Assembly: GCA_017623935.1 (NCBI GenBank)
Contig: JAGAOC010000001.1
Span: 6,168-70,167 of the forward strand
Direction of reading: 5' to 3'
Length of the DNA stretch: 64,000 nt
Origin: Agathobacter sp.
GTDB lineage: Bacteria > Bacillota > Clostridia > Lachnospirales > Lachnospiraceae
Below, piece after piece: positions 1-9,065 of the stretch (within the stretch, counting starts at the first letter, position 1; each line of letters starts with the position of its first letter). Below the pieces are notes generated by a model. It was not told the origin of the DNA and ran no database searches. It worked only from the letters and a program-made list of their open reading frames with translations. The position numbers and the translations under genes are program-made.

Positions 1-663
1 GCTGGCATTCTTAGCCGGAGATGTAACAAATCGAGTAAGGATGATAACGGTTAATACAACAGCTGCTATGTATAAGAAACATAATACACCAGTGAGGGCA
101 TTCAGCGAAGTCATCTTAGCATAGCGGTCTGCATAAAGAGCTGCAGCACTTTCTTTTAAGGTTTCTTCAAAAGCATTGCTGGCTTTGGTAACCTGAGCAG
201 ACTGGGTAGTAACGTCGGCATGAGCACTTCTAGCGGCTGTCATATCTGCCTTAGAGTAGCTGTCGGCTACGAGCTGAACATAATCTCCTAAGGCAAGAGC
301 TTTGGTCTTGTAATCTTCTAGGGTAGCGATCAGAGTCTCATCTCCTGTAGATTCTGCCAGAGGCACTAGAATATCAAAGTTTGTTTTCAGTTTCTCAACG
401 TAACCAGGTACATTATTAACAACAGGCTCGATACTAGAGGCCTCTGTTCTTAATACGATATGGTTACTTGCTAATTCACAGTCTGCTACAGCAATTGCTA
501 AAGCTGTGTCTGCCTGCTGCATCTGCAGATAAGTGTCAGTAATGGTCTCCAATGCATCTAGTGCTTGAGAAGAGGAATAAGCGCTGATGATTGCATTGAT
601 TCCAAAAACAACTGCCAGCAAAGCAAGCATGGACATGATCTTTGTTCCAATGTGTTTTCTCAT
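1..663 (-). CDS. Methyl-accepting chemotaxis protein, N-terminal part (truncated by window start)
   Basis: Manual translation from ATG at 663 (GGAGG RBS upstream): MRKHIGTKIMSMLALLAVVFGINAII (TM1), a helical periplasmic domain, then TM2 LTGVLCFLYIAAVVLTVIILTRFVTSP leading into a HAMP-like segment. Not in the ORF track because it runs off the window. Confidence 0.7.
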   Translation of the reverse strand, partial: MRKHIGTKIMSMLALLAVVFGINAIISAYSSSQALDALETITDTYLQMQQADTALAIAVADCELASNHIVLRTEASSIEPVVNNVPGYVEKLKTNFDILVPLAESTGDETLIATLEDYKTKALALGDYVQLVADSYSKADMTAARSAHADVTTQSAQVTKASNAFEETLKESAAALYADRYAKMTSLNALTGVLCFLYIAAVVLTVIILTRFVTSPAKNAS

Positions 664-753
664 AAAAATTATTTCCTCCAAAATATACGTGTTACTCCAA
701 TTATAACATATTTTACGAGAAAATCCATTTATTTTTGCATGATTTTTACAAAA

Positions 754-1218
754 TTATAAGTCCTTTTTGTTGAAAATTGCGCGCTTTTTACAAAGATTGT
801 GGAAGAATTTCTGCGGGATCGCAAAAGCAAAAATAATTCCAAAAACAATAGCTCCGGCTACGAGAAGGGCATCAGAAGCATATTGACTGGACAGGCTTTT
901 TTCTCCAATAAACAGATAGTAAGCGGTGTAATACATTCCGGCACCGGGAACCAGAGGGAAAATGCCCGCCAACAGGTAGACAGTACCGGGCATATGACGC
1001 CAAACCGCCAGAAGCCGTGTAAAAAAAGTAAGGATCGCAGTGGCAAACATAGAAGCGATCGGGGCTGAAATGCCATTTAGTACCATGATCCGGTATACCA
1101 GCCAGCCTAATGCACCGGTCAGCCCGCAGAAGGGCAATTCTCTCCTTGGGGCATTGAATAAGATTGAAAATGCCATGGTTGCGATCATTGCAATGATAAA
1201 TTCCAGAATTATTTCCAT
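754..1218 (-). CDS. ThrE/YjjB-family exporter, small subunit
   Basis: 154-aa hydrophobic protein with FSILFNAP and GIFPLVPGAGMY motifs; overlaps its upstream partner. Confidence 0.85.
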   Translation of the reverse strand: MEIILEFIIAMIATMAFSILFNAPRRELPFCGLTGALGWLVYRIMVLNGISAPIASMFATAILTFFTRLLAVWRHMPGTVYLLAGIFPLVPGAGMYYTAYYLFIGEKSLSSQYASDALLVAGAIVFGIIFAFAIPQKFFHNLCKKRAIFNKKDL

Positions 1219-1991
1219 AGAAGGACACCTCCTGACACATATTCAAAAGCTAAGAGAGGCAGGCAGGCGCCTGCAGCTACGCAAAGGGCAGTCAGCATAG
1301 CGTCGATCAAGTGAATACTTCCAGACAGATAGTCTCCATTATAAAGATCCCGGATGGAAGTAGTAAAGGCAATCCCCGGAACTAAAGGCATGAGAGAGCC
1401 GATAATGATCTTGTCCGGATGGAGGGGGAGCCCGGTAAAATATAGGATAATGCCGAAAACCGTGATCAGCATACTTGCAAAGATATTCTGCATGATCCGG
1501 GAAAATTTGCGTTTTTCACAGAATAAGAGGAATATTTTTTCCAGGGAGCCAACAAAAAAAGCCATGAGGGCGTCAAAGGGTCTGCCACCAAATAAGTAGC
1601 TGAAACAGGCACAACCGATCCCGCAGCAGATGATCTGAAGCGCAATAGGAAAAGAAGGCAATTTTTTGCAACGTTGCAGCCGTTCCCAGGCTTCTTCTAA
1701 GGTACATTCCCCGGAGCACAGATCCCGGGCAAGCTGGTTTAAAGCAGCGATCTTTTCTAGATTCACGGAGCCTAGAGGCACATGACGGATCATGCTGCAG
1801 GCATCTTCTTTATTTTCATTAGCACTGGCAAAAATCCCGTTAGAGAGCACATATACATCAAAATTGTCAATCTCGTGGCTCTGCAGGATCATAATGACCG
1901 TATCCTCGATTCGATAGATCTCTGCACCATTTCTCAACATCTGATCTGCGATCTCTACCGCCAGAGTAAGGATTTCTTTCGTGTGAGGCAT
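1209..1991 (-). CDS. ThrE/YjjP-family exporter, large subunit
   Basis: ML.NGAEIYRIEDT N-terminal motif, VNLEKIAALNQLAR, and MPLVPGIAFTTSIRDL..GD..SG. Confidence 0.88.
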   Translation of the reverse strand: MPHTKEILTLAVEIADQMLRNGAEIYRIEDTVIMILQSHEIDNFDVYVLSNGIFASANENKEDACSMIRHVPLGSVNLEKIAALNQLARDLCSGECTLEEAWERLQRCKKLPSFPIALQIICCGIGCACFSYLFGGRPFDALMAFFVGSLEKIFLLFCEKRKFSRIMQNIFASMLITVFGIILYFTGLPLHPDKIIIGSLMPLVPGIAFTTSIRDLYNGDYLSGSIHLIDAMLTALCVAAGACLPLLAFEYVSGGVLLWK

Positions 1992-2256
1992 AGCAGTTCC
2001 TTCCTGAATTTCTTGATTTTTTGCAATCTTTAATAGATTTTTCTCATAAGATCTAAATCTTTATAATCAATTTATGCCCAATTTTATAGCCTGTCAATCA
2101 TTTTTCAGATGGGCTTATAAAATCTGGAAAAAAGTACATACTCCTTATAAATAAGATTTTGGTTTCAATAAGATTTCGGTATCAAAATGGCATGTGGCCA
2201 GTGGAAAAGATCTATTGATACTGGAGTCTGGCAAAAATGAAAATGGAGGAAATCGC

Positions 2257-2406
2257 ATGAAATCCATAATAATTTACAGAATATGTCTGGTGTTGCTGTT
2301 GCTTGTGATCATTGGGGGCGGTCTGTGGTACTGTTACGAAAGTATGGAAGCTAAGAATGTACCAGAGGACGGTACCCTGGTTCAGCAAATGATCAGGAGG
2401 GTATAG
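2257..2406 (+). CDS. Small single-TM protein at the head of the spoVAA operon
   Basis: GGAGG RBS, ATG at 2257, 49 aa with one hydrophobic helix; stop abuts the spoVAA start. Confidence 0.6.
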   Translation: MKSIIIYRICLVLLLLVIIGGGLWYCYESMEAKNVPEDGTLVQQMIRRV

Positions 2407-2407
2407 G

Positions 2408-3073
2408 ATGAGTGAACATATTAAAAAAAGTGAGGTGGAACTGAATCTAAAAGTTACCCCTCATGTATATGTAAAAAATCCGAAGGTGCTGCTAAAAGAT
2501 GTTGCCAGCATTGAATGTGTAGACAAGGAAATGGCGGAAAAAATCAAACAGATTCATCTTCATGAATTTTCAGAAAAAATCGGAAAGAATGATCAATTAG
2601 AATTTTTTTCCGTGCTAAAGCTCATGGAGTTGATCCATCAGGAATTTCCGACTCTTACTATCAATAATATCGGGCCTACAGAATTTATCATAGAACGAAC
2701 AAAGAAGGACATGAATCCCACGAAATTAAAGGGGGCTGATCTGGCAAAACTCTGGGGACTCTGTATAGCTGTCTTTTTCGGCTCTGCCTTTACTATCATG
2801 GCATTTCATAATGACATTGGTCTGACAGAGGTTTTCCAAAAGTTTTACACCCAGATCATGGGAAGTGAAAAGCCATTATTTAGTGAACTGGAATTTTCCT
2901 ATACCATTGGGATCGCTGCGGGAATCCTGGTATTTTTCAATCATTTTGGAAAGCGGAAGTTCTCTCAGGATCCGACACCAATTCAGGTGGAAATGACAAA
3001 GTTCAAGCAGGATATGGATACGACGCTGTTGGAAAATGCCACAAAGAAAGGACATACGCAGGATGTTTCTTAA
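2408..3073 (+). CDS. spoVAA: Stage V sporulation protein AA
   Basis: Motifs FFGSAFTIMAFHNDI and FFNHFGKRKFSQDPTPIQVEM. Confidence 0.88.
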   Translation: MSEHIKKSEVELNLKVTPHVYVKNPKVLLKDVASIECVDKEMAEKIKQIHLHEFSEKIGKNDQLEFFSVLKLMELIHQEFPTLTINNIGPTEFIIERTKKDMNPTKLKGADLAKLWGLCIAVFFGSAFTIMAFHNDIGLTEVFQKFYTQIMGSEKPLFSELEFSYTIGIAAGILVFFNHFGKRKFSQDPTPIQVEMTKFKQDMDTTLLENATKKGHTQDVS

Positions 3074-3497
3074 TCGTTTGTTTTTGATCTTTATCAGTTT
3101 TCTGTCGGGAGCGGCCATCGCTGCTGGCACTTTTGCTTTTTTCTGGGTGATCGGAGTAGTACCGAGAATGCTTCGGACTTCTGGTATTCGCCATCGAATC
3201 ATATTTTTTGAAAATGTCATCATCCTAGGGGTGGTATCCGGAACGATCCTAACATTTTTACCGGAATTTGAACTGCCGAAATTGATATCCCGGTTGATAT
3301 TGCTGTGCTATGGAGCGGCTGCCGGCATTTTTGAAGGCTGTATTGCGGTGGCACTGGCAGAGATCCTGGATACGTTTCCAATCCTGTTTCGCAGGTTAAA
3401 GCTCATGGACGGTGTAAAATGGGTCATGGTCGCTATGGCTTTTGGAAAAATGGCAGGTTCCCTGTTCTTTTTCTGGTATGATTATGGTATCATGTAA
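3063..3497 (+). CDS. spoVAB: Stage V sporulation protein AB
   Basis: Motifs IGVVPRM, GIFEGCIAVALAEILDTFPILFRR and AFGKMAGSL; directly follows spoVAA. Confidence 0.88.
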   Translation: MFLNRLFLIFISFLSGAAIAAGTFAFFWVIGVVPRMLRTSGIRHRIIFFENVIILGVVSGTILTFLPEFELPKLISRLILLCYGAAAGIFEGCIAVALAEILDTFPILFRRLKLMDGVKWVMVAMAFGKMAGSLFFFWYDYGIM

Positions 3498-3571
3498 GGG
3501 CTTGGCAAGTTGTTGAGCCAAGTGAGGCAGATACCTTTGGGGTATCCTGTGAATAGCATCAGGAGGTGTCT

Positions 3572-3910
3572 ATGGTTCCATCAATTGCCAGACAAAGTGT
3601 TATCTTTAAATGTACCCGTCAGCAGTCCGTTCTGCTGGGAAATTATGAATTTTATTATGTGGCAGGGCTTATGAACCGGTGTTTTGGGCTGTCTGCCAGG
3701 GAAGAAATGCCACCATTAGAGATGTTTTCCTATTTAAGTGGCCAGTTGGAAAATTTGCAGCCAAAAGACGAAAATGAGAAATATATGATCAAGATCTTAT
3801 CTAATTATGATCCTTTAGAAGATTATGATGACCAGATGAAGGAATTGTTCCGCTGGGGCGAAAAAGAGCAGGATCTGTGGAAAGTTCAGACTAACTATAC
3901 AGGGGGCTGA
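3572..3910 (+). CDS. Hypothetical protein
   Basis: AGGAGGT RBS before ATG 3572; about 112 aa; no recognisable motif. Confidence 0.6.
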   Translation: MVPSIARQSVIFKCTRQQSVLLGNYEFYYVAGLMNRCFGLSAREEMPPLEMFSYLSGQLENLQPKDENEKYMIKILSNYDPLEDYDDQMKELFRWGEKEQDLWKVQTNYTGG

Positions 3911-3923
3911 TGGAAAGCTGCCG

Positions 3924-3980
3924 GTGGAGGAGAAGTTTATTGCTCTGCAATACTCCACTCTCGCGAAGGGCACCCTTTTT
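3924..3980. repeat. Variant, partial copy of the dispersed structured repeat
   Basis: GTGGAG-GAGAAGTT-TATTGC-tct-GCAATA-CTCCAC shares the core of the copies at 20530 and 58332. Confidence 0.7.
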
Positions 3981-4051
3981 GAGAAGAAGATCATGTATAA
4001 AATGAGAAGACCTGGGAATCCTTATAAAAAAAGGAATCGAGGTCTTTTTCT

Positions 4052-4534
4052 ATGAAGAAACAACAGTTGCCGCCAGGACAGCAGGCGAGAAATGATGCTT
4101 ATAATGAATATGTAAAACAAGTCACTCCTACTCATAATCTGGGGGCGAACATGGCGAAAGCCTTTGTGCTGGGAGGGATCATCTGTCTGATCGGGCAGAT
4201 CATTACCAACACCGCCATGCAGCAGTTTGGTCTGGACAAGGATCATGCAGCCTCTTGGTGTAGTATCATTTTGGTGTTTTTAAGTGTACTTTTAACAAGT
4301 ATGAATATTTATCCTTCATTTGCTAATTGGGGCGGAGCCGGAGCTTTAGTGCCTATTACCGGATTTGCGAATGGTGTCTGCTCGACCGCATTGGAATGGA
4401 AAGTAGAGGGGCAGGTCTTTGGAACTGGATGTAAGATCTTTACCATTGCAGGACCTGTGATCCTGTACGGAATCTTTTCCAGCTGGGTCTTAGGATTCAT
4501 CTATTGGATATTAAAGCTGATGGGGATGGTGTAG
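4052..4534 (+). CDS. spoVAC: Stage V sporulation protein AC
   Basis: Motifs KAFVLGGIICLIGQ, GAGALVPITGFAN and KIFTIAGPVILYGI. Confidence 0.92.
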   Translation: MKKQQLPPGQQARNDAYNEYVKQVTPTHNLGANMAKAFVLGGIICLIGQIITNTAMQQFGLDKDHAASWCSIILVFLSVLLTSMNIYPSFANWGGAGALVPITGFANGVCSTALEWKVEGQVFGTGCKIFTIAGPVILYGIFSSWVLGFIYWILKLMGMV

Positions 4535-4536
4535 CA

Positions 4537-4719
4537 ATGAAAAATCAAGAAGAAATGCCATTGGGATTAGCTTTTCAATTGTCCATGAATGAGAAAGCTA
4601 TGGAGAATTTTGCAAAGATGACGGAGCAGGAGAAGCGGCAGGTGTTAGAGGCGGCTCGAAGTGTAAGTACGAAAGAACAGATGCAGAATATCGTATCGGA
4701 TCTATCTAATTTAATCTAG
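4537..4719 (+). CDS. Small conserved hypothetical protein
   Basis: 60 aa (MPLGLAFQLSMNEKAMENFAKMT...SKEQM-like), coupled to spoVAC and followed by a terminator. Confidence 0.65.
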   Translation: MKNQEEMPLGLAFQLSMNEKAMENFAKMTEQEKRQVLEAARSVSTKEQMQNIVSDLSNLI

Positions 4720-4726
4720 AATTAAG

Positions 4727-4754
4727 AAAAAAGGAGTGGCAACACTCCTTTTTT
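4727..4754. terminator. Bidirectional rho-independent terminator
   Basis: AAAAAAGGAGTG-gcaa-CACTCCTTTTTT between convergent genes. Confidence 0.85.
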
Positions 4755-4763
4755 GATATGTTT

Positions 4764-5105
4764 CTATTCCTTGTGTTCCAGTGAGGCCTTTTCGTGTTTG
4801 ATCTCCCAGTGGATCAGGAAGGTGAGAAGACCACGGAGCAAGATAACGGCACCTAAGATACCCAGTTCTTCCCATTCCCGGACTACTACGGTACGAAGGA
4901 CCTCGCTACCCATCTTAAATTCCAGAGATAGGGCAATTCCTTGAGCCAGATCCAGCCGGAGCGTGGAGTCGTGGCGGATCCACTGGATAAAACTCTTAAT
5001 GGCGGTGTGAACCAGCACGATGACACCGAAAAACTCTAGGAGCAGGGTGGCAATTTCGGTAATAATGGTGATCAACTGTTCAATATTATTTAAAATAGCT
5101 GTCAT
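4764..5105 (-). CDS. DUF1622-family membrane protein
   Basis: RLDLAQGIALSLEFKMGSEVLRTV...LGAVILLRGLLTFLIHWEI motif; GGGAGG RBS before ATG 5105. Confidence 0.82.
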   Translation of the reverse strand: MTAILNNIEQLITIITEIATLLLEFFGVIVLVHTAIKSFIQWIRHDSTLRLDLAQGIALSLEFKMGSEVLRTVVVREWEELGILGAVILLRGLLTFLIHWEIKHEKASLEHKE

Positions 5106-5269
5106 GCAAGAAACCTCCCCAGGAAACTTTTTCCTTATGATTATGCTTCCCAAGAGCAAAAAATATGCAAAGAGCGAAAATTATGCAAGTCAGGACAAGG
5201 GACGGGGAATTTGCATGGATCCGGATAAAAAGGAAGCATTTTGGAAGGATTTTTTGTGGAAATTTTGCT

Positions 5270-5298
5270 TTGACTTTTGCAGAGAGTCAGGATATAAT
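5270..5298 (+). promoter_or_regulatory. Sigma-A promoter of MATE gene 1
   Basis: TTGACT-17 nt-TATAAT; an imperfect TGACT...AGTCA inverted repeat overlaps the -35 and spacer. Confidence 0.75.
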
Positions 5299-5316
5299 TT
5301 GGAAAGTCGAGTGGCG

Positions 5317-5353
5317 AAAGCGTAAATCCAGATATGGATTTGCGCTTTTTTTT
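5317..5353 (+). terminator. Terminator-like hairpin in the 5' leader of MATE gene 1 (possible attenuator)
   Basis: AAAGCGTAAATCCA-gata-TGGATTTGCGCTTT running into a T8 tract, between promoter and RBS. Confidence 0.65.
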
Positions 5354-5379
5354 GCGTTTTACTTAGAAAAGGAGGAAAT

Positions 5380-6786
5380 ATGAATAAAGAAGTGACAACA
5401 AATAAGATGGGAACGGAACCGGTTGGAAAAGTAATGCTGACCATGGGGATCCCTATCATTTTATCGATGGTCTTACAGGCCTGCTATAACATTGTAGACA
5501 GTATGTTTGTGGCAAGGATGCAGAGTGCAGAAGTGGCGAATCTGGGAGAATATGCGGTAAATGCCCTGACGTTGGCTTTTCCGGTGCAGATGCTGATCGT
5601 TGCTTTCGGAATTGGAACAGGTGTAGGTGTCAATGCGCTGCTGGCAAAGAGCTTAGGGCAAAATGACAAAGAGAAAGTGGCAAAAGCAGCCGGCAATGGA
5701 GTGACCCTGGGACTGATCATTTTCGATCTGTTCTTTATCTTTGGAATCGTAGGTGTGGATTTTTATATAGGAAGTCAGACGAAGGATGAGCTCATCAGAG
5801 AAATGGGAAATTCCTATCTTCGGATCTGCTGTTTAGGTTCTGTGGGAATGGTCATGTTTTCCATCTATGAAAAATTGCTCCAATCTACAGGAAAAACAGT
5901 TTATTCTACGATTGCCCAGATCACAGGTGCTGCAGCTAACATCATTTTAGATCCAATCCTTATCTTTGGATATTTTGGACTGCCAAAAATGGGAATCGAA
6001 GGTGCCGCATATGCCACAGTTGCCGGTCAGTGGGTCTCTATGCTGGTGGCAATGTTCTTCCACTACGGAAAGAATAAAGAAGTGAAAACCGGCTGGAAAT
6101 ATTTGAAATTAAATAAAGATATAATAAAAGAAATCTATGCAGTGGGACTTCCAGCCATTATCATGCAGGCTCTCATGTCCTTTATGACTTATGGTGTCAA
6201 CCTGATCTTCGGAGCGGTGTCTTCTGCAGCAGTTACAGCCTATGGAATCTTTTATAAGATACAGCAGTTTTTATTCTTCGCAGCCTTTGGACTTCGAGAT
6301 GCAGTAACGCCAATCGTTTCCTTTAACTATGGAATGGGTAGTGCAAAAAGGGTAAAACAGGGCGTATTCTATGGAATTTTATACATTGAGATCATTATGT
6401 TAGCCGGAATGATCGGCCTGGAGATATTTACAGAGCCTCTCATTGGAATGTTTGCCATGTCAAAAGAGACAGAAAGTCTCTGTGTTCTTGCGACTAGAGT
6501 CATTACGGCAGGATTTTTATTTGCTGGTGCGAACATTGCGATCCAGGGTGTATTTCAGGCAGTGGAGTGCGGAATCAGTTCTCTGGTGGTATCTCTGCTC
6601 CGTCAGTTGGTAGTAGTTCTTCCTTTAGCTTGGCTTTTTGCAAAGATGAACAATGCCTCTGTTATGATCTGGTGGGCTTTCCCGATCGCAGAAGCAGTGG
6701 CGGCCATAGTGGCAGTACTTCTTTTGGTCAGAGTATATGTGAAAATTATTAAACCGATGAAAAATTGGAAAGTAATTCACAACTAA
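5380..6786 (+). CDS. MATE family efflux transporter
   Basis: Motifs YNIVDSMFV, NIILDPILIFG.FGLPKMGIEGAAYAT and SFNYGMG; about 12 TM helices. Confidence 0.93.
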   Translation: MNKEVTTNKMGTEPVGKVMLTMGIPIILSMVLQACYNIVDSMFVARMQSAEVANLGEYAVNALTLAFPVQMLIVAFGIGTGVGVNALLAKSLGQNDKEKVAKAAGNGVTLGLIIFDLFFIFGIVGVDFYIGSQTKDELIREMGNSYLRICCLGSVGMVMFSIYEKLLQSTGKTVYSTIAQITGAAANIILDPILIFGYFGLPKMGIEGAAYATVAGQWVSMLVAMFFHYGKNKEVKTGWKYLKLNKDIIKEIYAVGLPAIIMQALMSFMTYGVNLIFGAVSSAAVTAYGIFYKIQQFLFFAAFGLRDAVTPIVSFNYGMGSAKRVKQGVFYGILYIEIIMLAGMIGLEIFTEPLIGMFAMSKETESLCVLATRVITAGFLFAGANIAIQGVFQAVECGISSLVVSLLRQLVVVLPLAWLFAKMNNASVMIWWAFPIAEAVAAIVAVLLLVRVYVKIIKPMKNWKVIHN

Positions 6787-6878
6787 GAAAAACTCTGGTA
6801 TAATGTAGATACAAAAAGACAAGTACGGATTTCATTGGGGGATAAAATGGAAGATGTATACAGATAGGAGGTATTACT

Positions 6879-7175
6879 ATGAAAGAAAAATTTAAGCGTG
6901 CAGAGATCATTGTGGAAGCTCAGAAGTATGAAATTGGTGCAGGCATGGAAGATGGATTTGAATTATGGACCAAAGTTATCACAAATGGCTGGATCTCCAC
7001 TGACAAACTGATCAAGATCACTCAGGAAGACGGCAGTATCGTTTGTCCGTTTATCCAGAATCGCAGAGGTATTGTATTTATCAGAGAAGGGGATTATATC
7101 ATTTATGATGATGCTGGTGAGCGTCATTGTTGTGGAACCGATAAGTTCCATAAGAGATATATTCCAATGGACTAG
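6879..7175 (+). CDS. Small hypothetical protein resembling a phage-type 'VEA...GDYII...C..D.F...Y' family
   Basis: AGGAGG RBS; motifs IVEAQKY, GMEDGF, REGDYII and ERHCC..DKFHKRY. Confidence 0.6.
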   Translation: MKEKFKRAEIIVEAQKYEIGAGMEDGFELWTKVITNGWISTDKLIKITQEDGSIVCPFIQNRRGIVFIREGDYIIYDDAGERHCCGTDKFHKRYIPMD

Positions 7176-7281
7176 TCAGAATGGAGAAGTTGTGATATAA
7201 TAGGAACGCTTTGGGGGCTATTGGAGCCACATGGAGAAGTGTGACTGAAAATCATAAACTTATAGAAACGAGGAAGAAAAA

Positions 7282-8691
7282 ATGGGCGGATTCTTTGGAG
7301 TTGCTTCAAAACAGGATTGTGTATTTGATTTATTTTTTGGAATTGACTACCATTCTCATCTGGGAACCAGAAGAGGCGGAATGACCGTATTTGGAGAGAA
7401 TGGATTTAACCGTTCTATTCACAATATTGAAAATGCACCGTTCCGTACAAAATTTGATAAAGATGTACAGGAAATGAAGGGAAAATACGGCATCGGTTGT
7501 ATTTCAGACTATGAGCCACAGCCTCTTTTAGTACGTTCACACCACGGAACATATGCAATTTCCACAGTTAGTAAGATCAACAATATGGAGGCTCTTACTC
7601 AGAAACTTTTTGATTGCGGACATTCTCATTTCTTAGAGATGAGCGGTGGAGATATTAACGCAACCGAATTGATCGCAGCACTTATCAACCAGAAGGGAAA
7701 TATTATAGAAGGAATTAATTATGCCTTAGAGGAGATTGATGGTTCCGTATCTATTTTACTTCTGAATCAGGCTGGAATTTACGCTGCAAGAGATAAACAC
7801 GGCAGAACTCCGGTAGTGATCGGTAAGAAAGAAGATGGATATTGCGTATCTTTTGAGAATTTTGCATACAAGAATCTTGGATATACTGATTATAAAGAAT
7901 TAGGACCAGGAGAGATCGTAGTATTAACTGAGAACAACTGTGTGACTCTGGTGAATCCGAATGATGAGAATATGAAGATCTGTACCTTCCTCTGGGTATA
8001 TTATGGCTATCCAGCCAGCTCCTATGAAGGAACCAGTGTTGAGAAAATGCGTTATGAGTGCGGTAAGAGAATGGCACAGAGAGATAATGTACAACCGGAT
8101 ATCGTTGCTGGTGTACCGGATTCCGGATTGGCTCATGCTATTGGTTATGCCAACGAGTCAGGAATTCCATTCTCAAGACCTTTTATCAAATATACACCAA
8201 CCTGGCCACGTTCCTTTATGCCAACGATGCAGAGCCAGAGAAACCTCATTGCTAAGATGAAACTTTTGGCAGTAGAAGAGCTCATCCGTGATAAGAGCCT
8301 TCTTCTGATCGATGACTCCATTGTACGAGGAACTCAGCTTCGTGAGACTACAGAATTCTTATATCAGAGCGGTGCGAAAGAAGTACACATTCGTCCAGCT
8401 TGTCCTCCGCTTTTATATGGATGTAAATACCTGAATTTCTCCCGTTCTTCTTCAGAGATGGATCTGATCACAAGACGCGTGATCTATCGTTTAGAGAATG
8501 GCAATGTAACAGACGAAGTTCTGCAGGAATATGCAGATCCAGAATCACCAAAATATGAGAAGATGGTAGATGAGATCTGTAAAGAATTGAATTTTACATC
8601 TCTTCGTTTCAATCGTTTAGATGATATGTTGGAATCCATTGATATTGATAAGTGCAAGCTTTGTACTTACTGTTGGGATGGAAAAGAATAA
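7282..8691 (+). CDS. purF: Amidophosphoribosyltransferase homologue (N-terminal Cys absent)
   Basis: Motifs ARDKHGRTP, GVPDSG, PRPP-binding LIDDSIVRGT, and Fe-S Cys ligands (CTF, CKY, CTYC); N-terminus is MGGFFG. Confidence 0.88.
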   Translation: MGGFFGVASKQDCVFDLFFGIDYHSHLGTRRGGMTVFGENGFNRSIHNIENAPFRTKFDKDVQEMKGKYGIGCISDYEPQPLLVRSHHGTYAISTVSKINNMEALTQKLFDCGHSHFLEMSGGDINATELIAALINQKGNIIEGINYALEEIDGSVSILLLNQAGIYAARDKHGRTPVVIGKKEDGYCVSFENFAYKNLGYTDYKELGPGEIVVLTENNCVTLVNPNDENMKICTFLWVYYGYPASSYEGTSVEKMRYECGKRMAQRDNVQPDIVAGVPDSGLAHAIGYANESGIPFSRPFIKYTPTWPRSFMPTMQSQRNLIAKMKLLAVEELIRDKSLLLIDDSIVRGTQLRETTEFLYQSGAKEVHIRPACPPLLYGCKYLNFSRSSSEMDLITRRVIYRLENGNVTDEVLQEYADPESPKYEKMVDEICKELNFTSLRFNRLDDMLESIDIDKCKLCTYCWDGKE

Positions 8692-8706
8692 TTGAATTGA
8701 AGTGTT

Positions 8707-8733
8707 AGGGTTGCCTTTGGGCAGCCCTTTTTT
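8707..8733 (+). terminator. Rho-independent terminator after purF
   Basis: AGGGTTGCC-tttg-GGCAGCCCT followed by a T-tract. Confidence 0.8.
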
Positions 8734-9065
8734 AGAACGATTTTTGCAAGATTTGATTCATGAAAATGCCATTTTGAGGAGGCAAAATTCATAAAAAACG
8801 CTATAAATAAAATGAAAATAAAATAATCGAGAGGAAATCTGATAAAATAAGGCAATTCTCGAGGTGGCAAAATGACAGAATATTTTGAAAATAAAAATCA
8901 GAAAGAAAAAACCGGAAATTTACGAAAACCAGAAAAGAAGTTAAAATCATAATTAACAAATTTTGGCAAGAAAATGGCTTATTGACCAGTTGTAAATAAA
9001 CAAATCCTATTGTATGATGAAACTAGAAGGGAAAATTGGGATTAAACAGAAAAGGAGAAGATTTT

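Noticed and set aside
3996-4025. Sigma-F-like promoter GTATA...GGGAATCCTT upstream of spoVAC
   Set aside because: Spacing and the -10 match are imperfect; plausible but not supportable as a feature.
7176-7281. Possible purine, PRPP or ZTP riboswitch before purF (also checked before apt)
   Set aside because: No recognisable aptamer core or terminator was seen by eye; an Rfam scan would be needed to exclude it fully.
8735-9035. AT-rich 300-bp intergenic region as an sRNA or replication origin
   Set aside because: Only A-tracts and weak inverted repeats are present, with no DnaA-box cluster or promoter-terminator pair; most likely upstream promoter DNA for kdgK.
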